Under the pieces are notes generated by a model. The model saw nothing but the letters and a program-made list of their open reading frames with translations, was not told where the DNA came from and made no database searches. Made by a program: the position numbers and the translations under genes. Positions 37,308 through 45,495 of a stretch of 64,000 bases of DNA are shown piece by piece. Each line of letters opens with the position of its first letter. The first letter of the stretch is position 1. The DNA comes from Lachnospiraceae bacterium (lineage in GTDB: Bacteria > Bacillota > Clostridia > Lachnospirales > Lachnospiraceae): contig JAUNON010000008.1 in assembly GCA_030537145.1 (NCBI GenBank), positions 1,532-65,531 on the forward strand. Direction: 5' to 3'.

Positions 37308-37384
37308 TGGCGTTCCTAGCGCGATTCGAACGCGCGGCCTTTCGCTTAGGAGGCGAACGCTCTATCCTGCTGAGCTATAGGAAC
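37308..37384 (-). tRNA. tRNA-Arg (anticodon CCT), CCA encoded
   Basis: Hand-folded cloverleaf: GTTCCTA-TA-GCTC-AGCAGGATA-GAGC-G-TTCGC-CTCCTAA-GCGAA-AGGCC-GCGCG-TTCGAAT-CGCGC-TAGGAAC-G-CCA. Confidence 0.9.
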
Positions 37385-37485
37385 ATCTGCAAAAATATGA
37401 AATTATGAAACCTGTGTCTCCCTTATTATACCAGATTTTTCTCTAAAGAAAAGTCTTAATTGAAGAAACTTTACTAATTTTTTTA

Positions 37486-38370
37486 TCAATCCGGAAAATT
37501 GATCCTTCCCTGGAGCCAAATAGATCCTTTGAATCTTCTGCCGATTTCTGGATCCCCCAGCAGATCACGCCGGTTGATGCAGATATCAAAAATCATTCCG
37601 TTGCACTCGATATTCATCTGATAAAGCGCTTCTTTCGTATGCTCATTGTATACTCTGGTATAAAAATTAATTGTACCCATGATCTGGTACTGATCGCACT
37701 CCATCCCGTAGGGCATAAAAAAGGTATCCACAATAGAAAACACATCCTCATGGAGAACCCGCCTGGACAGCATGGTATAGATATCCATATCTTCCAGTGT
37801 CAGATTTTCAATCGCTTCCTGATTTCCATTCTTCGCAGCAGAAACCATAGAATTCCTTTTTCTAAAATATTCCGTCTGCTCCTCTTCACATTCGTCTTTC
37901 TTTTCCAACGGCAGAAGAATCATTCCTCCCAGCGAAAGACCTGAAAAAGTGGTGGTAGCTCTGCTTCCCTTCAATGTATGAAAAATATCTTTCCGGCAAT
38001 ATTCGGCCGGATTCTGTACATAAAAAATCAATGATATTCCGACTCTGCCGTCATCACAGACTCCTACGAAGGAATCTCCGCTGGCACGCCGTTCTACCGA
38101 TAATTCCTCTGATGTGGTCACTCCGCTCCCATAGAAAAACGGCATATAATACTGGCGGTGAAAACCATACTGATCCAGCTCGCCGCAAACCTTGATTCCG
38201 ATCTCCGGTCCATAGGTTTTTGTCAGCTCCACAAAAGCTTTCTTTCCGCTTTCTGATTTTACCGCAGCCCTGCGCTGATAATTCTGATACACATCATCCA
38301 GCAGCAGCTCCACCTCATATTCCGACTGGGCCGCTTCCGTAAATCCGATCGCTCTTAAGAAAGCATGCAT
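37486..38370 (-). CDS. Conserved hypothetical protein (DUF3881-like)
   Basis: ~294 aa starting at MHAFLRAIGFTE. No catalytic motif was recognised and the family call is from memory. Confidence 0.45.
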   Translation of the reverse strand: MHAFLRAIGFTEAAQSEYEVELLLDDVYQNYQRRAAVKSESGKKAFVELTKTYGPEIGIKVCGELDQYGFHRQYYMPFFYGSGVTTSEELSVERRASGDSFVGVCDDGRVGISLIFYVQNPAEYCRKDIFHTLKGSRATTTFSGLSLGGMILLPLEKKDECEEEQTEYFRKRNSMVSAAKNGNQEAIENLTLEDMDIYTMLSRRVLHEDVFSIVDTFFMPYGMECDQYQIMGTINFYTRVYNEHTKEALYQMNIECNGMIFDICINRRDLLGDPEIGRRFKGSIWLQGRINFPD

Positions 38371-38444
38371 GATTTTCACCTCCCTCCCCACATCCTGTTT
38401 TGAAATGATCCTGCATTATACCGGAATCCTTTTTCACTCTTCTC

Positions 38445-39725
38445 TTATTTTATTACAGTCTGTCCGCCCATATACGGCTGCAGTGCCTTCGGAATCCTTA
38501 CAGTTCCATCTGCCTGCAGGTTATTTTCCAGGAATGCAATCAGCATTCTGGGCGGCGCCACAACGGTATTATTCAGGGTATGGGCAAAATATTTCTTACC
38601 GTCCTTCCCCTTTACACGGATGCCAAGTCTCCTGGCCTGTGCATCTCCCAGGTTGGAACAGCTACCCACCTCAAAATATTTCTTCTGACGGGGAGACCAG
38701 GCTTCCACATCCAGGGATTTTACCTTCAAATCAGCCAAATCGCCGGAACAGCATTCCAGGGTACGTACCGGTATATCCAGAGTACGGAAGAAATCTACCG
38801 TATTCTGCCACAGCTTATCATACCACATGGGGCTCTCCTCCGGCTTGCATACCACGATCATTTCCTGCTTTTCAAACTGATGGATCCGGTATACGCCCCG
38901 CTCTTCAATCCCGTGAGCTCCCTTTTCCTTACGGAAACAGGGAGAATAGCTGGTCAATGTATAAGGAAGCTTCTCCTCCGGATTAATTGTATCAATAAAC
39001 TTCCCGATCATAGAATGCTCACTGGTTCCGATCAGATATAAATTCTCTCCTTCAATCTTATACATCATGGCATCCATTTCGGCAAAGCTCATAACACCGG
39101 TCACTACATTGCTGCGGATCATAAAAGGCGGCACACAATAGGTAAAGCCTCTCCCGATCATAAAATCCCTGGCATAGGACAAAATAGAAGAATGCAGTCT
39201 GGCAATATCGCCCATCAGATAATAAAAACCATTGCCTGCCACTCTTCCGGCAGCATCCATATCAATCCCATTGAATTTTTCCATGATTTCCGTATGGTAA
39301 GGAATCTCGAAATCCGGAATCACCGGCTCTCCAAAACGCTCAATCTCCACATTTTCACTGTCATCCTTGCCAATCGGAACAGAAGGATCGATAATATTCG
39401 GAATCACCATCATATCCTTCTTCAATCTGGCCTCTACGTCTTTTTCCTTTTCAGCCAGCTCATTCATCCGCTCTGCAAAATCGGCAACCTTTTTCTTCGC
39501 TTCCTCAGCCTCTTCCCGTTTTCCCTGTCCCATCAGCTTGCCGATCTCTTTCGAGATACGGTTTCTGTCGGCCTGCAGTGACTGCAGCTCCTGCTTAATC
39601 TCCCGGTTTTCCTTATCCAGTTCTAATACTTCATCCACCAGAGGAAGCTTTTCCTCCTGAAATTTATTTCTGATATTTTGCTTTACAATATCCGGATTCT
39701 CTCTTACAAACTTAATATCTAACAT
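38445..39725 (-). CDS. serS: Seryl-tRNA synthetase
   Basis: MLDIKFVRENPDIV.., an N-terminal coiled-coil arm and a class II core. The ATG at 39725 follows AGAGAGGG; the longest ORF starts at 39761. Confidence 0.95.
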   Translation of the reverse strand: MLDIKFVRENPDIVKQNIRNKFQEEKLPLVDEVLELDKENREIKQELQSLQADRNRISKEIGKLMGQGKREEAEEAKKKVADFAERMNELAEKEKDVEARLKKDMMVIPNIIDPSVPIGKDDSENVEIERFGEPVIPDFEIPYHTEIMEKFNGIDMDAAGRVAGNGFYYLMGDIARLHSSILSYARDFMIGRGFTYCVPPFMIRSNVVTGVMSFAEMDAMMYKIEGENLYLIGTSEHSMIGKFIDTINPEEKLPYTLTSYSPCFRKEKGAHGIEERGVYRIHQFEKQEMIVVCKPEESPMWYDKLWQNTVDFFRTLDIPVRTLECCSGDLADLKVKSLDVEAWSPRQKKYFEVGSCSNLGDAQARRLGIRVKGKDGKKYFAHTLNNTVVAPPRMLIAFLENNLQADGTVRIPKALQPYMGGQTVIK

Positions 39726-39778
39726 GTTTTTCCCTCTCTTCTTACATTGCTCATCAAGCAATTTTTCTGCTGTTCTTC

Positions 39779-39807
39779 ATCATACCACAGAAGCTCTGGA
39801 ATACCAA
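39779..39807 (-). promoter_or_regulatory. Predicted serS promoter
   Basis: Minus-strand TTGGTA-N17-TATGAT with TGg extended -10, leaving only a ~45-50 nt leader. Confidence 0.4.
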
Positions 39808-39847
39808 GTATCTAATTACATGATTCCCCGAATTTCCGCTCTAATTC

Positions 39848-39878
39848 GTAACCGTTCAGCCTTCCGCTAAACTGTTAC
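39848..39878. repeat. Short copy of the GTAAC-N-GTTCAGCC hairpin repeat
   Basis: GTAACCGTTCAGCCTTCCGCTAAACTGTTAC; imperfect hairpin (GTAAC/GTTAC, GTT/AAC, AGC/GCT). Confidence 0.6.
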
Positions 39879-40184
39879 GGAAACCTCATTAATTCACTGG
39901 CGCAGTCATTTCCAAAGACTGAATACAAATACCCTTCCTCCATCCTGCAGAGGCAGAAGCGTCACTCATCTCAAAGTGTATGCATCCGGACAACCGCTTA
40001 AACCGGTTTTATCTGAAAAAGAATCATCCGCATAGCTCTTTCAGACAATATACCAAAATAAATCAAAACTCAAATATAAATATTAATTCATTTTTATGTA
40101 TATATTTGCATATTGATCACATATTTTGCGCTATTTGTAAGTTTACCTGGCTTTGATCCTCATCATGTTCCATTTTCCACCGGC

Positions 40185-40700
40185 TTACTGAAGATCACCA
40201 AAATAATTCACTGCCTGCCGCAGCGCATCCTTTTCCTCCTGTCCAAGAACAATATAGGATTCTCCCTTTACAATTTCCTTCACATAGGTGTAGCAGCCTT
40301 CTCTGCTGTGTATCGCATTCAGCACAAAGCCGCTGTTGCTCTCATCCAGCATTGCCAGTGCAAAGCTTAGCTTTCCCCCCACATCCGGGAATGCATCGTA
40401 TTTCACAATACCGATTTTATTCGTGGTGCGGGAAAGAACCTCCTTCAGTCTGCTGATTTCATTTGCCTGGTTTTTGCTCATTTCAATCAGCCGGTCCACC
40501 TCCAGAAATTTCTGTGCAAACGCTTTTTCCAGAGAAACCGCATCCTTTCCTCTCATAAAGATACGGTATCTTTTCAAAAATCTTGTCAGCTTCATGGAAA
40601 CCCTTACCATGTAAATCAACACAAAAACCATAATTGCCATCATTACAATAATGATAATTGCCGGGTCAAAGCCCAAGGAATCTAATATCCGGCTCTGCAT
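40185..40700 (-). CDS. DUF4446-like membrane-anchored protein downstream of parB
   Basis: 171 aa with an N-terminal TM segment (AIIIIVMMAIMVFVLIYMV). The position after parB is typical for this family in Firmicutes (from memory). Confidence 0.55.
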   Translation of the reverse strand: MQSRILDSLGFDPAIIIIVMMAIMVFVLIYMVRVSMKLTRFLKRYRIFMRGKDAVSLEKAFAQKFLEVDRLIEMSKNQANEISRLKEVLSRTTNKIGIVKYDAFPDVGGKLSFALAMLDESNSGFVLNAIHSREGCYTYVKEIVKGESYIVLGQEEKDALRQAVNYFGDLQ

Positions 40701-40858
40701 ATTTATACCTCCCTGTATTTCTCATTTGTTGTATTTCCTTCTGTATTTCCTGCTGCATTTTCTACATTTCTTTTGCTTTCTGCTTTTTCAGATTTCAAAT
40801 ACAGCTTTTCAAAGAATTTTCTTCAGAAATCGCTTATTTCCGAATAGAACTGACTATT

Positions 40859-41764
40859 CTATTGAACTGTTTTCAGCAGATCATAAATGCGTTCCAGTTC
40901 CTCATTGGAATAATATTCAATTTCAATTTTCCCCTTATTATCTGCTTTATGGCATACCGTCACCTTCGTTCCGAGAATTGCCTTCATTTTATCTTCCATA
41001 TCTTTATAGATATAATCATAAACCTTTTCCTTTTTGGGCGGTTCTATTTTCTCTTTCTGAAGGGATTTCACCAGCTTTTCAACTTCCCGGACACTCAGTT
41101 TTTCATCAAAAATCTGATTTGCCACCTTCCATTGCAGTTCCCCATCTTCAATAGAAAGAAGCGCTCTGGCATGTCCCGGAGAAATCATATCATCAATCAG
41201 CATTTGCTGGACCCTCTGATCTAATTTAAGCAGACGCATAGCATTGGTAACTGCGGTCCTGCTTTTTGAGACTCGTTCCGCCACTTCATCCTGTTTAAGC
41301 TGAAACTCTGTCAGCAAACGCTTATAAGCCTGGGCTTCTTCAATCGGATTCAGATCCTCTCTCTGAATATTTTCAATGAGAGAAATTTCCACTATTTCCT
41401 GATTTGTAAAATCCTTAATAATTACAGGAACCTCTTTCAATCCAGCTATTTTTGCAGCACGCCAGCGCCTTTCTCCGGCGATTATTTCATAATAATCTTC
41501 TTTTTTCTGAACCAAAAGAGGCTGGAGAACACCGAATTGCCTGATTGACTCAGAAAGCTCCAGCAAAGCATCTTCGTCAAACTTCTTTCTTGGCTGCTCC
41601 CTGTTCGGCTCGATCTCCGTAATTTTAATCAGTGTTTCCGTTTTCTTTGGAACCTCTTTCTTTTCAGTTTTGGATTCTGTCTGTCTATTTTCTTTCGCTT
41701 TTACAGAATAATCCGGTATCATAATATCCAGACCTTTTCCCAGTCCAGTCCTTTTTACTGCCAT
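40859..41764 (-). CDS. parB: Chromosome partitioning protein ParB/Spo0J
   Basis: The GERRWRAAKIAG CTP-binding motif and the HTH SKSRTAVTNAMRLL. Confidence 0.95.
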   Translation of the reverse strand: MAVKRTGLGKGLDIMIPDYSVKAKENRQTESKTEKKEVPKKTETLIKITEIEPNREQPRKKFDEDALLELSESIRQFGVLQPLLVQKKEDYYEIIAGERRWRAAKIAGLKEVPVIIKDFTNQEIVEISLIENIQREDLNPIEEAQAYKRLLTEFQLKQDEVAERVSKSRTAVTNAMRLLKLDQRVQQMLIDDMISPGHARALLSIEDGELQWKVANQIFDEKLSVREVEKLVKSLQKEKIEPPKKEKVYDYIYKDMEDKMKAILGTKVTVCHKADNKGKIEIEYYSNEELERIYDLLKTVQ

Positions 41765-42531
41765 TCCTCTTCTCCTCTATGTATTACTTCCTCTGCCAAA
41801 CGCATATAGCTTTCAGCTCCTGTGGATTTTGCATCATACTCCGTGATGGGCATTCCATAGCTAGGGGCCTCCGCTAAGCGTACATTCCTTGGAATAATAC
41901 TCTTATAGATGTTCTGACTTAAATTACTCTTTACATTTTCTACTACCTGAAGGGAAAGATTCGTCCGCGCATCATACATGGTAAACACCACTCCCTCAAT
42001 CTCCAATTCCGGATTAAGGCGGTCGGTAACTAATTGTATGGTATGTATCAACTGCGTCAATCCCTCCAATGCATAATATTCGCACTGTATCGGAACCAAC
42101 ACCGTATTTCCGGCACACATTGAATTAATTGTCAGCAAATTCAGAGAAGGAGGACAGTCAATGATAATAAAATCATATTGATCCTTCACCTGATCCAAAG
42201 CCTTTTTTAATATAAATTCCTTTTCATCAATTCCAATCAGTTCAATTTCCGCCGCTGCCAGATTAATATTAGAAGGAATAAGAGATAAATTGGGCAAAAC
42301 TTCTTTTAGGGTTGCTTGTTCAATCCCGCACTCCTCCAGAAGAAGGCTATAAACATTCTTTTCCTCATTATCCTTTTCAATTCCAAATCCACTCGTTGTA
42401 TTTCCCTGCGGATCCATATCAATCACAAGAACCTTTTTTTCCAGTTTTGCTAATGATGCTGATAAATTGATTGCAGTCGTAGTCTTACCGACTCCGCCTT
42501 TCTGATTGGCAATCACGATTGTTCTTCCCAT
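41755..42531 (-). CDS. parA: Chromosome partitioning ATPase ParA/Soj
   Basis: MGRTIVIANQKGGVGKTT deviant Walker A. The longest ORF starts at a TTG at 42561. Confidence 0.95.
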   Translation of the reverse strand: MGRTIVIANQKGGVGKTTTAINLSASLAKLEKKVLVIDMDPQGNTTSGFGIEKDNEEKNVYSLLLEECGIEQATLKEVLPNLSLIPSNINLAAAEIELIGIDEKEFILKKALDQVKDQYDFIIIDCPPSLNLLTINSMCAGNTVLVPIQCEYYALEGLTQLIHTIQLVTDRLNPELEIEGVVFTMYDARTNLSLQVVENVKSNLSQNIYKSIIPRNVRLAEAPSYGMPITEYDAKSTGAESYMRLAEEVIHRGEEEWQ

Positions 42532-42653
42532 ATCATCATTTATCTCCTTTTTGCATTTCAATGGCTTAATCTTTTTTATTCTAGCATATTTTTATTGCTA
42601 ATTCTATACGCAAGCTTCTGAAATTATCAGGAAAATCATTCTTTTTTTATAAA

Positions 42654-42669
42654 TGTTTCACGTGAAACA
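42654..42669. promoter_or_regulatory. parS site (perfect 16-bp palindrome)
   Basis: TGTTTCACGTGAAACA, the canonical ParB/Spo0J binding-site consensus. Confidence 0.9.
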
Positions 42670-42773
42670 TTTTCTGATTTGTATTCTATATAAATTCGAG
42701 TGTCAGTCAAAAATATTTGTATTTTGAATGATAAATTAATTTCAGAAAGTTCCATATCTATTTTTGTTCAAAT

Positions 42774-42819
42774 GCAAATGTCACCAGATTCCATAGGCAA
42801 CCTATGGGCAGACATTTGC
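42774..42819 (-). terminator. Nested hairpin downstream of the coiled-coil ORF
   Basis: GCAAATGTC..(CCATAGG-CAA-CCTATGG)..GACATTTGC, followed on the minus strand by ATTTG. It lies between the two parS sites. Confidence 0.4.
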
Positions 42820-42826
42820 GGGATGA

Positions 42827-42842
42827 TGTTTCACGTGAAACA
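42827..42842. promoter_or_regulatory. parS site (perfect 16-bp palindrome)
   Basis: TGTTTCACGTGAAACA, abutting the stop codon of the ORF at 42843-43457. Confidence 0.9.
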
Positions 42843-43457
42843 TCACTTCTCCGATATTAAAGCTTTTAGATAATATTTTAAATTAATCAATTCGTGTTTG
42901 CATTGACTCTTATCCGAATATAAAAGATTAAAACACTTTTCTACCCGGCTTAGGATGTTTTTTAATTCTTCTTTTCTTTTACTATCATCTGCCGAAATCT
43001 CAGATTTTCTTTGCATCGATTCGTTTTTCTGATCGAAATCATTATCTGATTGCTTCTTTTTATTGTATTGTTGACGTTCCTCTGCTCCAATTTCTCCATT
43101 CACTCCAGGATCCTGTAGCTTTTTCTTGGAAGTCTCGTTATTTCTTCTTATTTCCAACAACATATTTTGATAATTTGCTTCATTTTCCTTTGCTCTGCTG
43201 ATTTTTTCACTGATCTCCGTTTGCTCCAGTTGAATACCAGTAATTTGCTTCTTTATCCTTCTAAGCTTTTCCTGTGTAGTATCTTCTGAATTTCGCGGGG
43301 AAAATAATTCCAGTCCCACATCCTCGTTTTCCAGCAACTGCTTCATCATATCTCTGCAGCTATTTTCTTCCATTTGAAGATACAGCAATTTCCGATTCAG
43401 TTTCTCTAAAAGCAAATCATTCTCATTTAGCTGTGTCATTATGTATTTTTCTAACAT
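42843..43457 (-). CDS. Hypothetical coiled-coil protein
   Basis: 204 aa, K/E/Q/N-rich heptad-like sequence, with no TM segment and no recognisable DNA-binding motif. The ATG lies 5 nt after GAGGT. Confidence 0.5.
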   Translation of the reverse strand: MLEKYIMTQLNENDLLLEKLNRKLLYLQMEENSCRDMMKQLLENEDVGLELFSPRNSEDTTQEKLRRIKKQITGIQLEQTEISEKISRAKENEANYQNMLLEIRRNNETSKKKLQDPGVNGEIGAEERQQYNKKKQSDNDFDQKNESMQRKSEISADDSKRKEELKNILSRVEKCFNLLYSDKSQCKHELINLKYYLKALISEK

Positions 43458-43646
43458 AAGTACCTCTACCCATAAGACTTAATTTTCATTCAAATTTTTA
43501 TTTGTATCTTCTGCAATTTTAGTTTATACTATACACATATAAATTTCAAGTTCAATCAAAGCACGGAAACGTGCACAAACAGATACGATAGAATTGATTA
43601 CAATAACTGTAAAGTCGTCTAAATGGAATTCATAAAAAGGAGTCTA

Positions 43647-44621
43647 ATGATTATGTCAAAATGGAAACAAAAAATAAAAGTGATTACTCTGTTGAATGCC
43701 CTTGCCTTAGGCGCCATGTATGCCATAAATCGGGTGATTTCAGCCACATCCATATTAAAAAATCTTTTAAAATCCGGAAGCGGAAAATACTATCATTGGA
43801 AATTTGGGAATCTGTTTTATCGAAAAACCGGATCCGGTAAACCGCTTCTTTTGATTCATGATTTGAATCCCATCTCTTCCGGATATGAATGGGGAAAATT
43901 AGAGGAAAGACTTGGGAAAAACCATACGGTTTATACCATCGATCTGCTGGGCTGCGGCCGCTCCGATAAACCCGGCATGACGTATACAAACTACCTGTAT
44001 GTACAGATGATCTCTGATTTCATAAAGGATGTTATTGGAGAAAAAACCTCTGTAGCTGCTACAGGTCTCTCCTCCTCCTTTGTCATTATGGCTGATTTTA
44101 GTAACTCAGAATTATTTGACCAGATTCTAATGATCAATCCCGTCAGCTTAAAGAAAATGAATCAGATCCCGGAGGAAAAATCAAAGATTCTGAAATCGAT
44201 TATGTTCCTTCCTATTTTAGGGACTATGCTTTATCATATAGAAACAAACTATAGAAATATTGAATATATCCTGACAGAGCAATATATTTATAACCCCTTC
44301 CGTATAGAGCAAAAGCACATTGATGCATATTATGAAGCTGCTCACCATGAATCTGGAAATGGAAAATATTTAAAAGCCAGTCTGGACGGTTATTACCTAA
44401 ACTGTAATATTCAGAACGCTTTAAGCAAATCAAATAAGAATATCTGCATTCTATATGGAGATAAAATGGAAATGGAAAAGAAAGTTGCAGAGGAATATCA
44501 AAGAATCAATCCTTCCATTTCCAGCGCTCTCTTGTATAATGCGAAATTCCTCCCTCATTTGGAAACACCGGAGGAAATGCTGAAGCAAATAGAGCTCTGC
44601 CTGTCCTCTGAAAAAAGATAA
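43647..44621 (+). CDS. Membrane-anchored alpha/beta-fold hydrolase
   Basis: An N-terminal TM segment (VITLLNALALGAMYAI), then PLLLIHDLN (HG/HD oxyanion region) and an alpha/beta hydrolase-like body. The ATG lies 5 nt after AGGAG; the longest ORF starts at 43623. Confidence 0.6.
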   Translation: MIMSKWKQKIKVITLLNALALGAMYAINRVISATSILKNLLKSGSGKYYHWKFGNLFYRKTGSGKPLLLIHDLNPISSGYEWGKLEERLGKNHTVYTIDLLGCGRSDKPGMTYTNYLYVQMISDFIKDVIGEKTSVAATGLSSSFVIMADFSNSELFDQILMINPVSLKKMNQIPEEKSKILKSIMFLPILGTMLYHIETNYRNIEYILTEQYIYNPFRIEQKHIDAYYEAAHHESGNGKYLKASLDGYYLNCNIQNALSKSNKNICILYGDKMEMEKKVAEEYQRINPSISSALLYNAKFLPHLETPEEMLKQIELCLSSEKR

Positions 44622-44694
44622 CTGGAAAGACATATAAAAATGAAAGCTTTTTCATACGGACATCTTATCGGTGAGACACATATCCGTATGCCGA

Positions 44695-44738
44695 AAAATG
44701 GTACTGCTGCAAATTCAATGTTGCGGCAGTACCATTTT
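44695..44738. terminator. Bidirectional terminator between the convergent hydrolase and rsmG genes
   Basis: AAAATGGTACTGC..GCAGTACCATTTT; a 13-bp stem with A/T runs on both sides. Confidence 0.7.
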
Positions 44739-44749
44739 CAATAAAATAT

Positions 44750-45472
44750 TCACCTCAATGGATCCTTTGTAGGAAGTCCTGCTTTTCTGGGATATTTTTC
44801 AGGAGTATCCTTTCTTTTATCAATAATCACAAATGAACGGCTGATATCACTTTTTGGCAATTGAAAACAAATAATTTGTCTTTGTGTTCCGCCAAGAATT
44901 TGTATCGCATTTTGGGCCTCTTTTATCTCTATATCGATATTTCCCGATTTGTATGAAATAAACTGTCCGTTTTTCTTTACAAAGGGCAGGCAGTATTCCG
45001 AGAGAGAGGATAGGTTTGCCACAGCCCTGGAAACGCATAGATCAAAGCTGCCCCGATATAATTTATTTCTGGCGGCCTCCTCGGCTCTGGCATGTACAGC
45101 AGTTATTTTTTCAAATCTACATTTATCGATAATATCATTTAAAAACTGAATCCTTTTATTCAATGAATCCAAAAGTACAAACTCCGCATCCGGGAAAGCA
45201 ATCTTGAGCGGAATTCCAGGAAAACCGGCCCCCGTTCCCAAATCCAGAATCCGCTCCACTCTTGTCATATCCACAGCCTTCACAATGGAAAGGCTGTCCA
45301 GGAAATGCTTAATCATTACATCCTCAAATTCTGTAATGCCGGTTAGATTCATGACCTTATTTTTTTCGATTAAATATTCGTAATAAATCATAAACTGCTC
45401 AATCTGCCGGTCAGATAGGCTGATCCCCAGCTCCCTGCATCCGTCCGTTAGAATTTCTGTATTATATTTCAC
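44750..45472 (-). CDS. rsmG: 16S rRNA (guanine527-N7)-methyltransferase
   Basis: 240 aa with the LDLGTGAGFPGIPLKI SAM-binding motif. Its position next to mnmG fits. Confidence 0.95.
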   Translation of the reverse strand: MKYNTEILTDGCRELGISLSDRQIEQFMIYYEYLIEKNKVMNLTGITEFEDVMIKHFLDSLSIVKAVDMTRVERILDLGTGAGFPGIPLKIAFPDAEFVLLDSLNKRIQFLNDIIDKCRFEKITAVHARAEEAARNKLYRGSFDLCVSRAVANLSSLSEYCLPFVKKNGQFISYKSGNIDIEIKEAQNAIQILGGTQRQIICFQLPKSDISRSFVIIDKRKDTPEKYPRKAGLPTKDPLR

Positions 45473-45495
45473 AAATCGCTCCCTTCCAAAGGAAT

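Noticed and set aside
39762-40184. Expected T-box riboswitch upstream of serS.
   Set aside because: The conserved T-box core, specifier loop context and terminator/antiterminator pair were not found on the minus strand. The only partial resemblance (..CTGTGGTATGATG..) is better explained as an extended -10 promoter.
40651-41224. Plus-strand ORFs of 167 and 188 aa overlapping parB and its downstream spacer.
   Set aside because: They are antisense to parB, and their Phe/Leu/Ile-rich low-complexity translations come from AT-rich DNA.
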